Assembly: GCA_020847075.1 (NCBI GenBank)
Contig: JADLCS010000050.1
Location: 2,026-66,025, forward strand
Source of the DNA: Gammaproteobacteria bacterium
GTDB lineage: Bacteria > Pseudomonadota > Gammaproteobacteria > SZUA-140
Direction: 5' to 3'
DNA length: 64,000 bases
Shown piece by piece: positions 39,799-49,973 of this stretch. How positions within the stretch are numbered: the stretch's first letter is position 1; the number at the start of each line of letters is the position of its first letter. Both the position numbers and the translations under genes were made by a program. The notes beneath the pieces are model-generated. The model was not told the origin of the DNA. It saw nothing but the letters and a program-made list of their open reading frames with translations, and did not search any database.

Positions 39799-41211
39799 AT
39801 GGATGAAAGCCGAGGTGTCGTCATGGATGATGATCAGCGCGCCGCCTGTGAACGGCGGTTTTGGGCCCGTTATGCAAATATCATTATTGGTCAAGGCATT
39901 AAACCTTCTCTGGTACGCTGGCACGTGCTGCGGGCGAAGTCTTTCATCAAGACCTTTCCGGGCAGGCGTCTGGCCGATCTCGGGCCGGACGACGTCGCCG
40001 CCTATCTGACCCAGGCAGGCCGTCAGCAGACGGTGGAGCCCTGGCAATTCCGGCAAATCGTCGATGCTATACAGATTCTGTATAGCATTGTTCGCACGGA
40101 ATGGGCGACAAGCTTCGACTGGGACTACTGGCGCGATTCCGCACAGGCGCTGGGCGCCCAGCATGCCACGACGGCGCGAGAGGTCACGCCGGTCACACCC
40201 GGGGAATTTGCCGAGCGGCTCGGAGATACACGCTTCGCGCCGCTGATCCGGGCACACCTGGAGTTATTCGCAACCGTCGCCGCCGTGATCCGCACACGGA
40301 ATCTGGCGTTCCGCACCGAGCAGACCTACATGAACTGGATGTGCCGCTTCATGATTCACCATGGCGGACGTTCACCGGCCGAGCTCGGCGGACCCGAGGT
40401 GGCGGAATTCCTCCAGCACTTAGCGGTCAGACGCAACGTCGCGGCAAGCACGCAGAATCAGGCGCTGAATGCGCTGGTGTTCCTCTATGATCAGGTACTG
40501 CAAAGGCCCTTGGGTGATATCGGCGCCTTTGTCCGCGCCAAACGATCCCGGCGCATCCCGACGGTCCTGACCCGCGCCGAGGTCGGGCGCATTCTGGCCG
40601 AGCTGCACGGCCTGCAGGAATTGATCGTTTCGCTGCTCTACGGGACCGGCATGCGTCTCATGGAAGGTCTGAGACTGCGGGTGCAGGATATCGACTTTGG
40701 CCGCAACCTGATCGTGGTCCGCCACGGGAAGGGCGACAAGGATCGCGTCGCGCCCCTTCCCGCCACCCTCGTCGCCGGGATCAAGGGGCACCTTGCAGAG
40801 GTCAGGGCCTTGCATGAGCGTGATGTTGCGGAAGGATTCGGCGAGGTTTTTCTGCCGCACGCGCTTGCGACGAAATATCCGAACGCCGCCCGGGAGTGGC
40901 GCTGGCAGTTCGTGTTTCCGAGCGGCCGGCTGTCAGTCGACCCGCGCAGCGGCAAGACGCGACGGCATCATCTTCACGAGAGCGCCGTCCAGAAGGCGGT
41001 TAAATCGGCAGCGCGGCGCGCAGGGATAGCAAAAAAGGTCGGCTGCCATACCCTGCGCCACAGTTTCGCGACGCATCTCCTAGAGCGAGGACAGGATATC
41101 CGCACCGTGCAGGAGCTGCTGGGACATGCGGATGTGTCCACGACAATGATCTACACCCACGTACTCAATCGTGGCGGTATGGGTGTGCTCAGCCCGCTCG
41201 ACGCAGACTGA
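39799..41211 (+). CDS. intI: Integron integrase IntI with an N-terminal extension of about 145 aa
   Basis: [20 protein letters not shown]...[15 protein letters not shown]; the Arg in [13 protein letters not shown]; the IntI-specific insertion [47 protein letters not shown]; and [12 protein letters not shown]...[22 protein letters not shown] (H-R-H-Y). Confidence 0.9.
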   Translation: MDESRGVVMDDDQRAACERRFWARYANIIIGQGIKPSLVRWHVLRAKSFIKTFPGRRLADLGPDDVAAYLTQAGRQQTVEPWQFRQIVDAIQILYSIVRTEWATSFDWDYWRDSAQALGAQHATTAREVTPVTPGEFAERLGDTRFAPLIRAHLELFATVAAVIRTRNLAFRTEQTYMNWMCRFMIHHGGRSPAELGGPEVAEFLQHLAVRRNVAASTQNQALNALVFLYDQVLQRPLGDIGAFVRAKRSRRIPTVLTRAEVGRILAELHGLQELIVSLLYGTGMRLMEGLRLRVQDIDFGRNLIVVRHGKGDKDRVAPLPATLVAGIKGHLAEVRALHERDVAEGFGEVFLPHALATKYPNAAREWRWQFVFPSGRLSVDPRSGKTRRHHLHESAVQKAVKSAARRAGIAKKVGCHTLRHSFATHLLERGQDIRTVQELLGHADVSTTMIYTHVLNRGGMGVLSPLDAD

Positions 41212-41348
41212 AGCTATCCCTGGCACGAGGCGCCGGTTCCCGGCGAATGGACAGGCCACGGTTTCGCCGATCCGGCGCGGCCATGCCTCTCCCGCTACGG
41301 GATCACTCTGGCTGGCCAGTCCTTGACTGACGACAGATGCCGCAGCCC

Positions 41349-42848
41349 CTACTCCGGCTTCATATGCGGAAACAGCAGCACGTCGCGGATGGAGGGCGAG
41401 TCGGTGAACAGCATCACCAGGCGGTCGATGCCGATGCCTTCGCCTGCGGTGGGCGGCATGCCGTGTTCGAGGGCGCGGATGTAGTCGGCGTCGAACAGCA
41501 TCGCCTCCTCGTCGCCGGCCTCGCGCGCGCGCAACTGGTCCCGGAAGCGTTCCGCCTGGTCCTCGGCGTCGTTCAGCTCGGTGAAGCCGTTGGCGATCTC
41601 GCGCCCGCCGATGAACAGTTCGAAGCGGTCGGTCACGTCCGGATCGGCGTCGTTGCGCCGCGCGAGCGGCGACACCTCGGTGGGATACGAGGTGATGAAG
41701 GTCGGCTCGTGCAGGCGCGACTCCACCGTCTGCTCGAACAGTTCGAGCTGCAGCTTGCCAAGGCCGTAATCGTCCTTCGCCGCGATACCGCGCGCGGCCA
41801 GCAGCGCGCGCAGCCTTCCCGGATCACGCAGATCGTCCGCCGTGATATCCGGGTTGTAGTGCAGGATCGCCTCCGGCAGCGTCAGGCGGCGGAACGGGCG
41901 GCCGAAATCGAACTCCGCCCCCTGGTACGTGAACGCGGTCGCGCCGAACACGTGCAGACTCAGGCCGCGCAGCATCTCCTCGGTCAGGTCCATCAGGTCG
42001 TTGTAGTCCGCGTAGGCCTGATAGAACTCGAGCATGGTGAACTCGGGGTTGTGGCGCGTCGACAGGCCCTCGTTGCGGAAATTGCGGTTGATCTCGAACA
42101 CACGTTCGAAGCCGCCGACCACCAGGCGCTTCAGGTACAGCTCCGGCGCGATGCGCAGATAGAGCGGGATATCGAGCGCGTTGTGATGCGTCTTGAACGG
42201 GCGCGCGGTGGCGCCGCCGGCGATGACTTGCATCATCGGGGTCTCGACCTCGAGGAAGGCGCGCTCGCTGAGGAAGCGGCGGATGTAATCGACGATGGCG
42301 CTGCGCACGCGGAAGGTGCGCCGGGCGACGTCGTTCATGATCAGGTCGAGATAGCGCTGGCGGTAGCGCGCCTCCTGATCGACGAGGCCATGGTATTTGT
42401 CGGGCAGCGGGCGCAGGGCCTTGGTCAGCAGCCGGACGCGGTCGACCTTCACCGACAACTCGCCGGTCTTGGTCCGGAACAGCGCGCCCTCGGCGCCGAG
42501 GATGTCGCCGATGTCCCAGCGCTTGAACTCCTCGAACGCCTCGAGCCCGACGGTGTCGCGCTGGACGTAGAGCTGGATCTGGCCCGACATGTCCTGCAGG
42601 TGCGCGAAGGCCGCCTTGCCCATCAGGCGGCGCGTCATCATGCGGCCGGCCACGCTCACCCGCCGCACGTCGCGCTCCAGCGCCTCCGCGTCGGCCGAGG
42701 CGTACTCGGCATGCAACTCGCCAGCCACCACGTTGCGGCGAAAGTCGGTTGGGAAGGCATTGCCGCGCGCGCGCAGGGCGGCGAGCTTCTCGCGCCGCTG
42801 CGCGACCTGTTCCTGTTCATCCTGCGGACGGTCGTCGTCGGATTGCAT
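41349..42848 (-). CDS. lysS: Lysine--tRNA ligase (class II)
   Basis: ...[10 protein letters not shown]...GGATARPF...[23 protein letters not shown]...[20 protein letters not shown] Shine-Dalgarno before the ATG at 42848. Confidence 0.95.
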   Translation of the reverse strand: MQSDDDRPQDEQEQVAQRREKLAALRARGNAFPTDFRRNVVAGELHAEYASADAEALERDVRRVSVAGRMMTRRLMGKAAFAHLQDMSGQIQLYVQRDTVGLEAFEEFKRWDIGDILGAEGALFRTKTGELSVKVDRVRLLTKALRPLPDKYHGLVDQEARYRQRYLDLIMNDVARRTFRVRSAIVDYIRRFLSERAFLEVETPMMQVIAGGATARPFKTHHNALDIPLYLRIAPELYLKRLVVGGFERVFEINRNFRNEGLSTRHNPEFTMLEFYQAYADYNDLMDLTEEMLRGLSLHVFGATAFTYQGAEFDFGRPFRRLTLPEAILHYNPDITADDLRDPGRLRALLAARGIAAKDDYGLGKLQLELFEQTVESRLHEPTFITSYPTEVSPLARRNDADPDVTDRFELFIGGREIANGFTELNDAEDQAERFRDQLRAREAGDEEAMLFDADYIRALEHGMPPTAGEGIGIDRLVMLFTDSPSIRDVLLFPHMKPE

Positions 42849-42865
42849 ATCTCTCCTCGAAACCG

Positions 42866-42915
42866 AAAAACCGGGGACAGACCCCGTTTTCCGGCGTAAA
42901 GGGGTCTGACCCCTA
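42866..42915. repeat. Two GGGGnCAGACCCC-type hairpins between prfB and lysS
   Basis: AAAAACCGGGGACAGACCCCGTTTT (42866-42890) and TAAAGGGGTCTGACCCCTA (42897-42915). Confidence 0.6.
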
Positions 42916-44011
42916 TAAGCCCTGCTTGAGGCTGGCCTCGATGAAGGTGTCCAACTCGCCGTCGAGCACCGCCTGCGTGTTGCCGGTCTCGATGCCGGTG
43001 CGCAGATCCTTGATGCGCGACTGGTCGAGTACATAGGACCGGATCTGGTTGCCCCAACCGATGTCGCTCTTGCTGTCCTCCAGCGCCTGTTTCGCCGCGC
43101 TGCGCGCGTTCAGCTCCCGCTCGTAGAGCTTCGCCTTGAGCTGTTTCATCGCGGTGGAGCGGTTCTTGTGCTGCGAGCGGTCGCTCTGGCACGCCACCAC
43201 GATGCCGCTGGGGACATGGGTGATGCGGATCGCCGATTCGGTGCGGTTGACGTGCTGCCCGCCCGCCCCGCTCGCGCGATAGGTATCGACCTTGAGGTCG
43301 GCCGGATTGATGTCGATCTCGATGTCGTCGTCCACCTCCGGCGAGGCGAACACCGCGGCGAACGAGGTATGGCGGCGGTTGCCGGAGTCGAACGGCGACT
43401 TGCGGACCAGGCGATGCACGCCGGTCTCGGTGCGCAGCCAGCCGTAGGCGTATTCCCCGTCGAACTTCACCGTGGCGCTCTTGATGCCCGCCACCTCGCC
43501 CGGCGAGACCTCGATCAGCTCGGTCTGGAAGCCGTGCGCCTCGCCCCAGCGCAGATACATGCGCAGCAGCATCTCGGCCCAGTCCTGCGCCTCGGTGCCG
43601 CCGGAGCCCGCCTGGATATCCAGGAAGGCGTTGCTGGCGTCCATCTCGCCCGAGAACATGCGGCGGAACTCCATCGCGGCCAGCCGGCCCTCGATCTCGT
43701 CCAGGTCCGCGATCACCGCGTCGGCGGCGCTCGCGTCGCCCTCCTCGTCGGCCAGTTCGAGCAGCTCGCGCGCCTCGTTCAGGCGGTCCTCGATCCCGGT
43801 GCAGCCGCCGACCGTCTCCTGCAGCCGCACCCGCTCGCGGCCCAGTTCCTGGGCCCGCTGCGGGTTGCCCCACACCGCCGGGTCCTCCAGCTCGCGTCCG
43901 ACTTCGATCAATCGCTCCCGCTTGTCGGCGAGGTCAAAGATACCTCCCCAGATCGGCGAGGCGACCCTGCATGTCCTTGATGCGCGTGAATACGAGATTG
44001 AGTTCGAGCAT
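42913..44011 (-). CDS. prfB: Peptide chain release factor 2 (programmed +1 frameshift)
   Basis: ATG at 44011 gives [25 protein letters not shown], then an in-frame TGA. The +1 frame continues [19 protein letters not shown]...[19 protein letters not shown] (GGQ motif) to the stop at 42913. Confidence 0.95.
43933..43950 (-). promoter_or_regulatory. RF2 recoding site
   Basis: The minus strand reads GGGGAGG-TAT-CTT-TGA-C: an SD-like element 3 nt upstream of the CUU UGA C slippery/stop context. Confidence 0.85.
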
Positions 44012-44093
44012 GTCTTCCGCCTGTCAGATGAAGCACGGCATTGTACTACACGGGAAAACCCAAACGGAAATCCCGGCAGGAAAAGGACGTGCC

Positions 44094-44304
44094 GTCATGC
44101 CCGCGCACGCGGGGATCCAGAACATTCAAACCCCTAGATGCCCGCCTGCGCGGGCATGACGAATCTATCCGGCGGCGAGATTCAGAACCGTAGGGTGGGC
44201 ACGTTTTATGCGCCCACGCGGTGCCGCCGCGCCGGCATGAATATCTGCCGTGGCAATTCCCGGATCTTGTTCCGCGTGGACACGAACAGCGTGCCCACCC
44301 TGCG
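44094..44304. repeat. REP cluster (two palindrome families)
   Basis: GTCATGCCCGCGCACGCGGGGATCCAG (44094-44120) and CTAGATGCCCGCCTGCGCGGGCATGACG (44134-44161) are one family. CCGTAGGGTGGGCACGTTTTATGCGCCCACGCGG (44188-44221) and CGTGCCCACCCTGCG (44290-44304) are another. Confidence 0.7.
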
Positions 44305-44342
44305 ATCCGGCTTGGCCATCATGCGCGCCCCGTCGGCGGGTC

Positions 44343-46079
44343 TCACTCGACGATGTGCTGGATGACCAGTTGCGGACTGCGCTGGCCGCGGTACTCGTTG
44401 ACGTCCAGCCGGTAGGCGATGCGGATCTCGCCACGCACCGCCGGGCACTGTTCGACGCGGGTATTGAAGGCGATGGCGTCGACATGGCGCCGTGTGCCGG
44501 GCAGGCGCAGCACCAGCTTGACGTGGCGCGCGCCGACGCAGCGCCGCTCCGCCACCTCGAAGCACCCGTCGAACACCGGCTCGGGAAAACCCTGGCCCCA
44601 CGGCCCGGCGTCGCGCAGCAGCTCGGCGACGTCGAGCGAGATCTCGTCCGCGGCGAGCTCGCCGTCGCTGTAGATCACGCCGCGCAGCGCGGCCGGATCG
44701 AGGTGGCGGCGCACCTCCGCCTCGAAGGCCGCCCGGAAGGCCGGGAAGTCCGCGGGCCGGAGCGTCAGCCCGGCCGCCATGGCATGCCCGCCGAACTTGA
44801 CGATCAGGCCGGGGTTGCGCGTCGCCACCGCGTCGAGCGCGTCGCGGATGTGCAGGCCCGGGACCGAGCGCGCCGATCCCTTGATCTCATCCTCGCCCGC
44901 CGGCGCGAAGGCGATCACCGGGCGGTACAACTGCTCCTTCAGGCGCGAGGCCAGGATCCCGATCACCCCCTGGTGCCATTCCTCGTGGTACAGGCACAGG
45001 CTCACGGCGCCGGACGCCGGGCAGGCATCCGCGGGCAGGCGGTCCAGACAGGCCTGGGCCTGCGTCTGCATCCCGGTCTCGATGCGCCGGCGTTCCCGGT
45101 TGAGCCCGTCGAGCCGCTCGGCCATCCCGAGCGCCGCGGTCTCGTCGTCGCACAGCAGGCACGCGATGCCGAGCGACATGTCCTCGAGCCGGCCGGCGGC
45201 GTTGAGACGCGGGCCGAGGGCGAAGCCCAGGTCCATCGCGGTCAGGCGCGTCATGTCGCGCCCGGCGACCCGGATCAGCGCGCGGATGCCCGCGCAGCCC
45301 GTCCCCCGGCGGATGCGCGCCAGGCCCTGGGCCACCAGGATGCGGTTGTTCTGATCCAGGACGGCGACGTCGGCCACCGTGCCCAGCGCAACCAGATCGA
45401 GCAGCTCGGCGAGACGCGGCTCTTCGAGGCCCCGCGCGGCGAACCACCCCGCGTCGCGCAGACGCCGGCGCAGGGCCAGCATGACATAGAAGATCACGCC
45501 GACGCCGGCCAGGGCCTTGCTCGGAAACACGTCGCCGGACTGGTTCGGGTTCACGATCACGGCCGCCGCGGGGAGTTCACGCCCCGGCAGGTGGTGATCG
45601 GTGATCAGCACCCGGATGCCGAGACGGTTCGCCGCCGCCACGCCCTCGAGGCTGGAGATGCCGTTATCCACCGTGATGATCAGGTCGGGGCGCTCGCGCG
45701 CGGCGAGTGCGACGATCTCGGGCGTCAGGCCGTAGCCGTATTCGAAGCGGTTCGGCACCAGGTAGGCCGCCTCGCGCGCGCCCATCATGCGCAGGGCGCG
45801 CACGGCGAGCGCGCAACTGGTCGCGCCGTCGGCGTCGAAATCGCCCACGACGAGGGCGCGACCGCCGGCGTCCAGCAGTTCGTGCAACAGCGCCGCCGCC
45901 GCGTCGCAGCCGGAGAGCAGATCCACCGGCAACAGGCGCTCCAGCGAACGCTCGAGTTCCCGCGCGGTCGCGACCCGGCGGCTGGCATAGATGCGCTTCA
46001 ATACGGGGTGGAGGTCCGCCGGCAGGTCGTCCCCCGCGGCGGGCTGCCGGCGTTCGATGAGAAAACTCGTCATGGTCAT
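44343..46079 (-). CDS. recJ: Single-stranded-DNA-specific exonuclease RecJ
   Basis: MTMTSFLIERR...ALVVGDFDADGATSCA...ITVDNGISS...LITDHH are DHH motifs, with DHHA1 and an OB C-terminus. The ORF-track entry 44343..47198 is an in-frame upstream run-on. Confidence 0.93.
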   Translation of the reverse strand: MTMTSFLIERRQPAAGDDLPADLHPVLKRIYASRRVATARELERSLERLLPVDLLSGCDAAAALLHELLDAGGRALVVGDFDADGATSCALAVRALRMMGAREAAYLVPNRFEYGYGLTPEIVALAARERPDLIITVDNGISSLEGVAAANRLGIRVLITDHHLPGRELPAAAVIVNPNQSGDVFPSKALAGVGVIFYVMLALRRRLRDAGWFAARGLEEPRLAELLDLVALGTVADVAVLDQNNRILVAQGLARIRRGTGCAGIRALIRVAGRDMTRLTAMDLGFALGPRLNAAGRLEDMSLGIACLLCDDETAALGMAERLDGLNRERRRIETGMQTQAQACLDRLPADACPASGAVSLCLYHEEWHQGVIGILASRLKEQLYRPVIAFAPAGEDEIKGSARSVPGLHIRDALDAVATRNPGLIVKFGGHAMAAGLTLRPADFPAFRAAFEAEVRRHLDPAALRGVIYSDGELAADEISLDVAELLRDAGPWGQGFPEPVFDGCFEVAERRCVGARHVKLVLRLPGTRRHVDAIAFNTRVEQCPAVRGEIRIAYRLDVNEYRGQRSPQLVIQHIVE

Positions 46080-47134
46080 TCTTCCCGGCCTCGGCGCGCC
46101 TCCCGTGCATGGGCGGCGAACGGGCGCGCGCGCCGCCACCAGCGGCGCGCCTGTCCCGGGCGGATATGATAATCGAGCGCGCCCGCCCCGCCTATGCCGA
46201 GGCCCTGGAGCCGGCCGGCGCGCAACGCGGACCACAGCGGCGCGATCCAGCGCCCCTGCAGGACCCGCATGGCGTCCAGCCAGTCCTCCACCGCGCCGAG
46301 CCGCGCCGGCGCGGCGAGCCGGTCGAACATGAGGAGCTGCCGGCCGCCCCCGGCGGCGGCCAGCCAGGCCGCGGCATCCGCCGGCAGCGGACGCGGCGCG
46401 AGCCCCGCGTTCAGCGCGAGCCCCTGCGCCAGGGGATGATCGCCCCAGACCTGTACGAACGGGCACGGGCCCGGCGCCGGCCGCGACCCGCCGCCCCAGA
46501 ACCAGACGCTGTTGATCGCGGGCACCCCGCGCGCCGCGCGCCGCCGGTTGACCTCGCTCGCGTGCAGCAGCATCTGGATCTCGTTGAGCAGGCGGCGCCA
46601 GACGCGCGCCTCCTCGCCCCGCGGCAGATGCGGCCGGAGGTCCTGCCCCAGCACCGCCTCCAGGGGAGAGAAGTCCGCGGCGGGCGCACGCGGCAGGCGG
46701 AGATACCAGCGTTCGGGCCCCGGCGCCTCCAGCCTCAGCCCGGAACCGGCGAGGTGCGCGGCGATCTCCCCGCACAGGGCGTCCGCCTCCTCCCGCTCGA
46801 CCGCCCCGACCCCGGTCAGCACGACACGATCCTGGCCGACGCGCAGATGCACGGGATCCATGCACAGGCAGTAATCGTCTCCCGGCACGCCGCCGTCCGC
46901 CCACAGCCTCAGCGGGGCCTCGGGCAGGTCGTCCGCGTCCCGCGTCCGCACGCCGAAGGCCTCGAACAGGGCGGCGGCCGGGGTCGCGCCCGCCGCGGGT
47001 CCGGCCGCCGCGCGGGCGAGCAGACGCCCCAGCACCCGCGCCGGCGCGTCCGCCGCCGCCAGGGTCGTCTCGTCCGCACCGCGCGGGCCGAACAGACCGG
47101 GGATCAGCAACACCGGTTCGGGAACGACGGCCAT
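46076..47134 (-). CDS. Conserved hypothetical protein (RpfE-like; SVWFWGGG motif)
   Basis: 352-aa ORF with protein-like composition. Its stop overlaps the recJ start (ATGA). An RpfE-type gene is found next to recJ in Xanthomonas; this is from memory and unverified. Confidence 0.6.
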   Translation of the reverse strand: MAVVPEPVLLIPGLFGPRGADETTLAAADAPARVLGRLLARAAAGPAAGATPAAALFEAFGVRTRDADDLPEAPLRLWADGGVPGDDYCLCMDPVHLRVGQDRVVLTGVGAVEREEADALCGEIAAHLAGSGLRLEAPGPERWYLRLPRAPAADFSPLEAVLGQDLRPHLPRGEEARVWRRLLNEIQMLLHASEVNRRRAARGVPAINSVWFWGGGSRPAPGPCPFVQVWGDHPLAQGLALNAGLAPRPLPADAAAWLAAAGGGRQLLMFDRLAAPARLGAVEDWLDAMRVLQGRWIAPLWSALRAGRLQGLGIGGAGALDYHIRPGQARRWWRRARPFAAHAREARRGREE

Positions 47135-47163
47135 GCGAATCTCTCTTTCCTCGTCCCGCCGCG

Positions 47164-47601
47164 TCAGCGCGGCCAGCAGTCCGCCGGCTGCGCGGCATCG
47201 AGCTCGGGGCCGTCCTGACCGAGCGTCAGCGTCCCGCAGACATCGCGGGCCTGATCAGTGCCGGAACGGGGCACGGCGCGGGCGCGGAACGCGATCGCCG
47301 GATCCTCCACCGCCACCAGCGCGAGACGATAATGACCGCCCGGCGAATCGACCTCATCGGCCGGCCAGCCCAAGGTCGTAAGCCCTTCGGCGTAATACCG
47401 ATGTGTGGCGCGATAGCGCTCCTGTTCGAGCTGTATCCTGAACAATTGCGTCGTCGCATCGGTGCGCCGGCCCTTGCGCACCAGGTCCCCATACGAAGGC
47501 AGGGCGATGGTGACCAGGAGGCCGACAATGGCCAGTACGGCCAGCAGTTCGATCAAGGTGAAACCGTCCTCACCGCATCCCCTTCCGTGACAGCGTCGCA
47601 T
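47164..47601 (-). CDS. Type IV pilin (PilE-like)
   Basis: The leader ends ...GEDG|FTLIELLAVLAIVGLLVTIALPSY (prepilin peptidase/N-methylation site). C-terminal Cys pair. Confidence 0.85.
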   Translation of the reverse strand: MRRCHGRGCGEDGFTLIELLAVLAIVGLLVTIALPSYGDLVRKGRRTDATTQLFRIQLEQERYRATHRYYAEGLTTLGWPADEVDSPGGHYRLALVAVEDPAIAFRARAVPRSGTDQARDVCGTLTLGQDGPELDAAQPADCWPR

Positions 47602-47732
47602 GAATCGCCCTCCTCCCTGAGTCGCGTCCACCCGCGTTCCCCGTTTGTCATGCCGGGCGCGTAGCGCTAGACTACGGTCAACCGCACGGATCGCGGCCGC
47701 GGCCTCCCTGATCGCCGCCGGGCATCGAACCC

Positions 47733-48269
47733 TTGGCAAACGGATTTGCTATGCGATGCACTCTATCACAGGGTCTCACCCTCATCGAGTTGATGGCGAC
47801 GCTCGTCGTCCTCGCCGTGCTCGCGGTATCCGCCGCGCCCTCCCTGCTCGATCTGCTCGACCGCCAGAGACTGCGCGGGGCCGCGGAGAACCTGCGCGGC
47901 GATCTCCTGCTCGCGCGCGCCGAGGCGCTGCGGCGGAACACGCCGGTCAGCGTCGCGTTCCGTACCGGCGGCGCGGACGACGGCTGGTGCTACGCCCTGA
48001 GCGACGCCGGCCCGTGCGATTGCCGGACGCACGACGCCTGCCTCATCGCGGGCGCGCCGGCGCACGGGGCGTCGGCGGAACGGTTCCGGCGCATCGGCCT
48101 CTCCACCAACCTTCGCCTGGGCGCGGCGACCTTCCAGCCCGCGCGCGGCACGGTCAACGCGGGCACGGTGACGCTCACCGCCGGGGCGCGCGAGGTCGAT
48201 GTGGTGCTGAGCGCGCTCGGCCGAGTACGGTTGTGCTCCGATACGCTGGGGGGCTATCCGCCATGCTGA
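47733..48269 (+). CDS. GspH/FimT-family minor pilin
   Basis: SQG|LTLIELMATLVVLAVLAVSAAPSLLDLLDRQRLRGAAENLRGDLLLARAEAL is a FimT/FimU-type N-terminus. Confidence 0.8.
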   Translation: MANGFAMRCTLSQGLTLIELMATLVVLAVLAVSAAPSLLDLLDRQRLRGAAENLRGDLLLARAEALRRNTPVSVAFRTGGADDGWCYALSDAGPCDCRTHDACLIAGAPAHGASAERFRRIGLSTNLRLGAATFQPARGTVNAGTVTLTAGAREVDVVLSALGRVRLCSDTLGGYPPC

Positions 48270-48910
48270 CGCGCGCGGGCCAGCGCGGCTTCAGCCTGAT
48301 CGAGCTGATGGTGGCGCTCACGCTCGGACTGCTCATCCTCGCCGGGCTCGCCTCCCTCTACGCCGAGGTGGTCAGGGCCAACGTGGCCGTGCTGAAGACC
48401 GCCCATCTCGAGCAGACCCTGTGGTCGCTGATGGGCCTGGTCGCCGACGACGCGCGCCGCGCCGGCTACTGGAGCCGCGCCGGGCTCGCCCTCGACGGAA
48501 CGGGCGTCAACGGTTACGCCCGGATCCATGTCCCCGCCGACGACTGCCTGCTGTACAGCTACGACGAGGACCGGGATGATCCCGATGGCGCGCCGGACCC
48601 GGAAGACCAGCACGGCTTCCGGCTGTCCGGCGCCGGCCTCCAGATCAAGACCAGCGACGAGAGCTGCGGCGGGACCACCTGCGCGGAGTGCGGGAGCGGC
48701 ACCTGGTGGCTGATGAACGACCCGGCGGGCATCCATATCACCGCCCTCCGCTTCACCCTCGCCGAACATGCCCGTCCCTTCGACGGCGCCGGACGCGAAC
48801 TCGTGGCGCGCGAACTCGGCATACGGCTGGAAGGCGAGATCGCCGGCGAACCCGCGACCCGCCGGCGGCTCGAGACCCGTGTCAGCGTGCGCAACCATGA
48901 GATCCGCTGA
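48263..48910 (+). CDS. PilW-like minor pilin
   Basis: QRG|FSLIELMVALTLGLLILAGLASLY... The ATG at 48263 overlaps the upstream stop. Confidence 0.7.
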   Translation: MLTRAGQRGFSLIELMVALTLGLLILAGLASLYAEVVRANVAVLKTAHLEQTLWSLMGLVADDARRAGYWSRAGLALDGTGVNGYARIHVPADDCLLYSYDEDRDDPDGAPDPEDQHGFRLSGAGLQIKTSDESCGGTTCAECGSGTWWLMNDPAGIHITALRFTLAEHARPFDGAGRELVARELGIRLEGEIAGEPATRRRLETRVSVRNHEIR

Positions 48911-49967
48911 ATCCTTCCGCGCCCTCCCCGCCCAGCGCGGCGCGGCGACGCTGGTGATCACGGTCCTGCTGCTGTTTTCCATGAGCCTGATGATGCTCTA
49001 CGCCGCGCGCGTGGGCGTGGTCGAGCAGCGTCTCGCGGCGAACGACACGCGGGCGCGCGCGGCCTTCGCCGCTGCCCAGGCCGGGCTCGGACAGGCACTG
49101 AGCGGACTCGCCGCACTCGATCGCGACACCCTGGAGTACGACGCCGCCGGCCGGACCGCGCTCGCCCCCGTCGCGGGCGCTCTCGCCAACGGCGCGGAAT
49201 ACGCGGTGGAGACGCATAATCGCGCGCTGGTCCCGTTCGAGGCCGGACTGCTCCGTCTCGAGTCGCGGGGTTCTTCCGGCGCCGGCGATGCACGATCGGC
49301 CACGCTGCTGGCGGCCTTCGCGCCCCTGCTGCCGAACGTGCCGCCCGCGCCGCTGGTGGTGCGCGGCGGACTGTCGCCTGCCGGCCGGCTCACGCTGGTC
49401 AACCTCGACCGTCCGGTCGGGGCCTGGACCGGGGGCGCGTACACGCCCGGCGGCCTGCTCGACCCGCGGTTCTCGGAACCCGCGCCGTGCGGACCCTTCG
49501 GGATCTGCGCGGACGACGCCCGTATCGGCGCACTGACGCCGGAGGCCTTTTTCGCCAACACCTTCGGCCGCCCACCGCCGGTCCTGCGCGCCGCCACCCG
49601 GCCCCTACGCTGCGCGCCGTGCGACCCGGCCGCGGTGCCGCCCGACGCTCGGCTCGTCTGGTTCGAAAACGACGGCGCGCCCGTCACCATCGCCGCGGGT
49701 CGACTGGGGACGGAGGAACACCCGGTCGCGGTGATCGTCGCGGGCGATTTCGCGCCGGCGGGCGCGCTGGAGATCCACGGGCTGCTGTTCGTGCTCGGCG
49801 ACTGGCTTGCGGGCATCGCCCCGCTGACGGTCGCGGGCGCCGTCGTCGTCGCGGGTGAGGCCGCCGGCGCCGGCCCGGCCGAGCTGATCTACGACGGCGG
49901 CGCGCTGGAAGACCTGCATCGCGCCGGACGCTATGCCGTCGTGCCCGGCAGCTGGATCGACTTCTGA
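48897..49967 (+). CDS. PilX-like minor pilin/assembly protein
   Basis: QRGAATLVITVLLLFSMSLMMLYAARVGVVEQRLAANDTRARAAFAAAQAGL is a PilX N-terminal domain pattern. Confidence 0.7.
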   Translation: MRSAESFRALPAQRGAATLVITVLLLFSMSLMMLYAARVGVVEQRLAANDTRARAAFAAAQAGLGQALSGLAALDRDTLEYDAAGRTALAPVAGALANGAEYAVETHNRALVPFEAGLLRLESRGSSGAGDARSATLLAAFAPLLPNVPPAPLVVRGGLSPAGRLTLVNLDRPVGAWTGGAYTPGGLLDPRFSEPAPCGPFGICADDARIGALTPEAFFANTFGRPPPVLRAATRPLRCAPCDPAAVPPDARLVWFENDGAPVTIAAGRLGTEEHPVAVIVAGDFAPAGALEIHGLLFVLGDWLAGIAPLTVAGAVVVAGEAAGAGPAELIYDGGALEDLHRAGRYAVVPGSWIDF

Positions 49968-49973
49968 GCCGGC

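Noticed and set aside
39688-40257. 189-aa minus-strand ORF overlapping the intI 5' region. It could have been a first cassette ORF or an ORF-11-like attI peptide.
   Set aside because: It lies antisense to the integrase N-terminal extension and has Arg/Cys/Pro-rich non-protein-like composition. It also crosses the inferred attI junction, so it is inconsistent with the cassette boundary at 39686-39692.
46080-47198. In-frame upstream extension that makes recJ a 951-aa ORF.
   Set aside because: The extension is R/G/A-rich junk. RecJ homology begins at MTMTSFLIERR (46079). The overlapping 352-aa ORF in another frame has protein-like sequence and an ATGA stop/start overlap with recJ.
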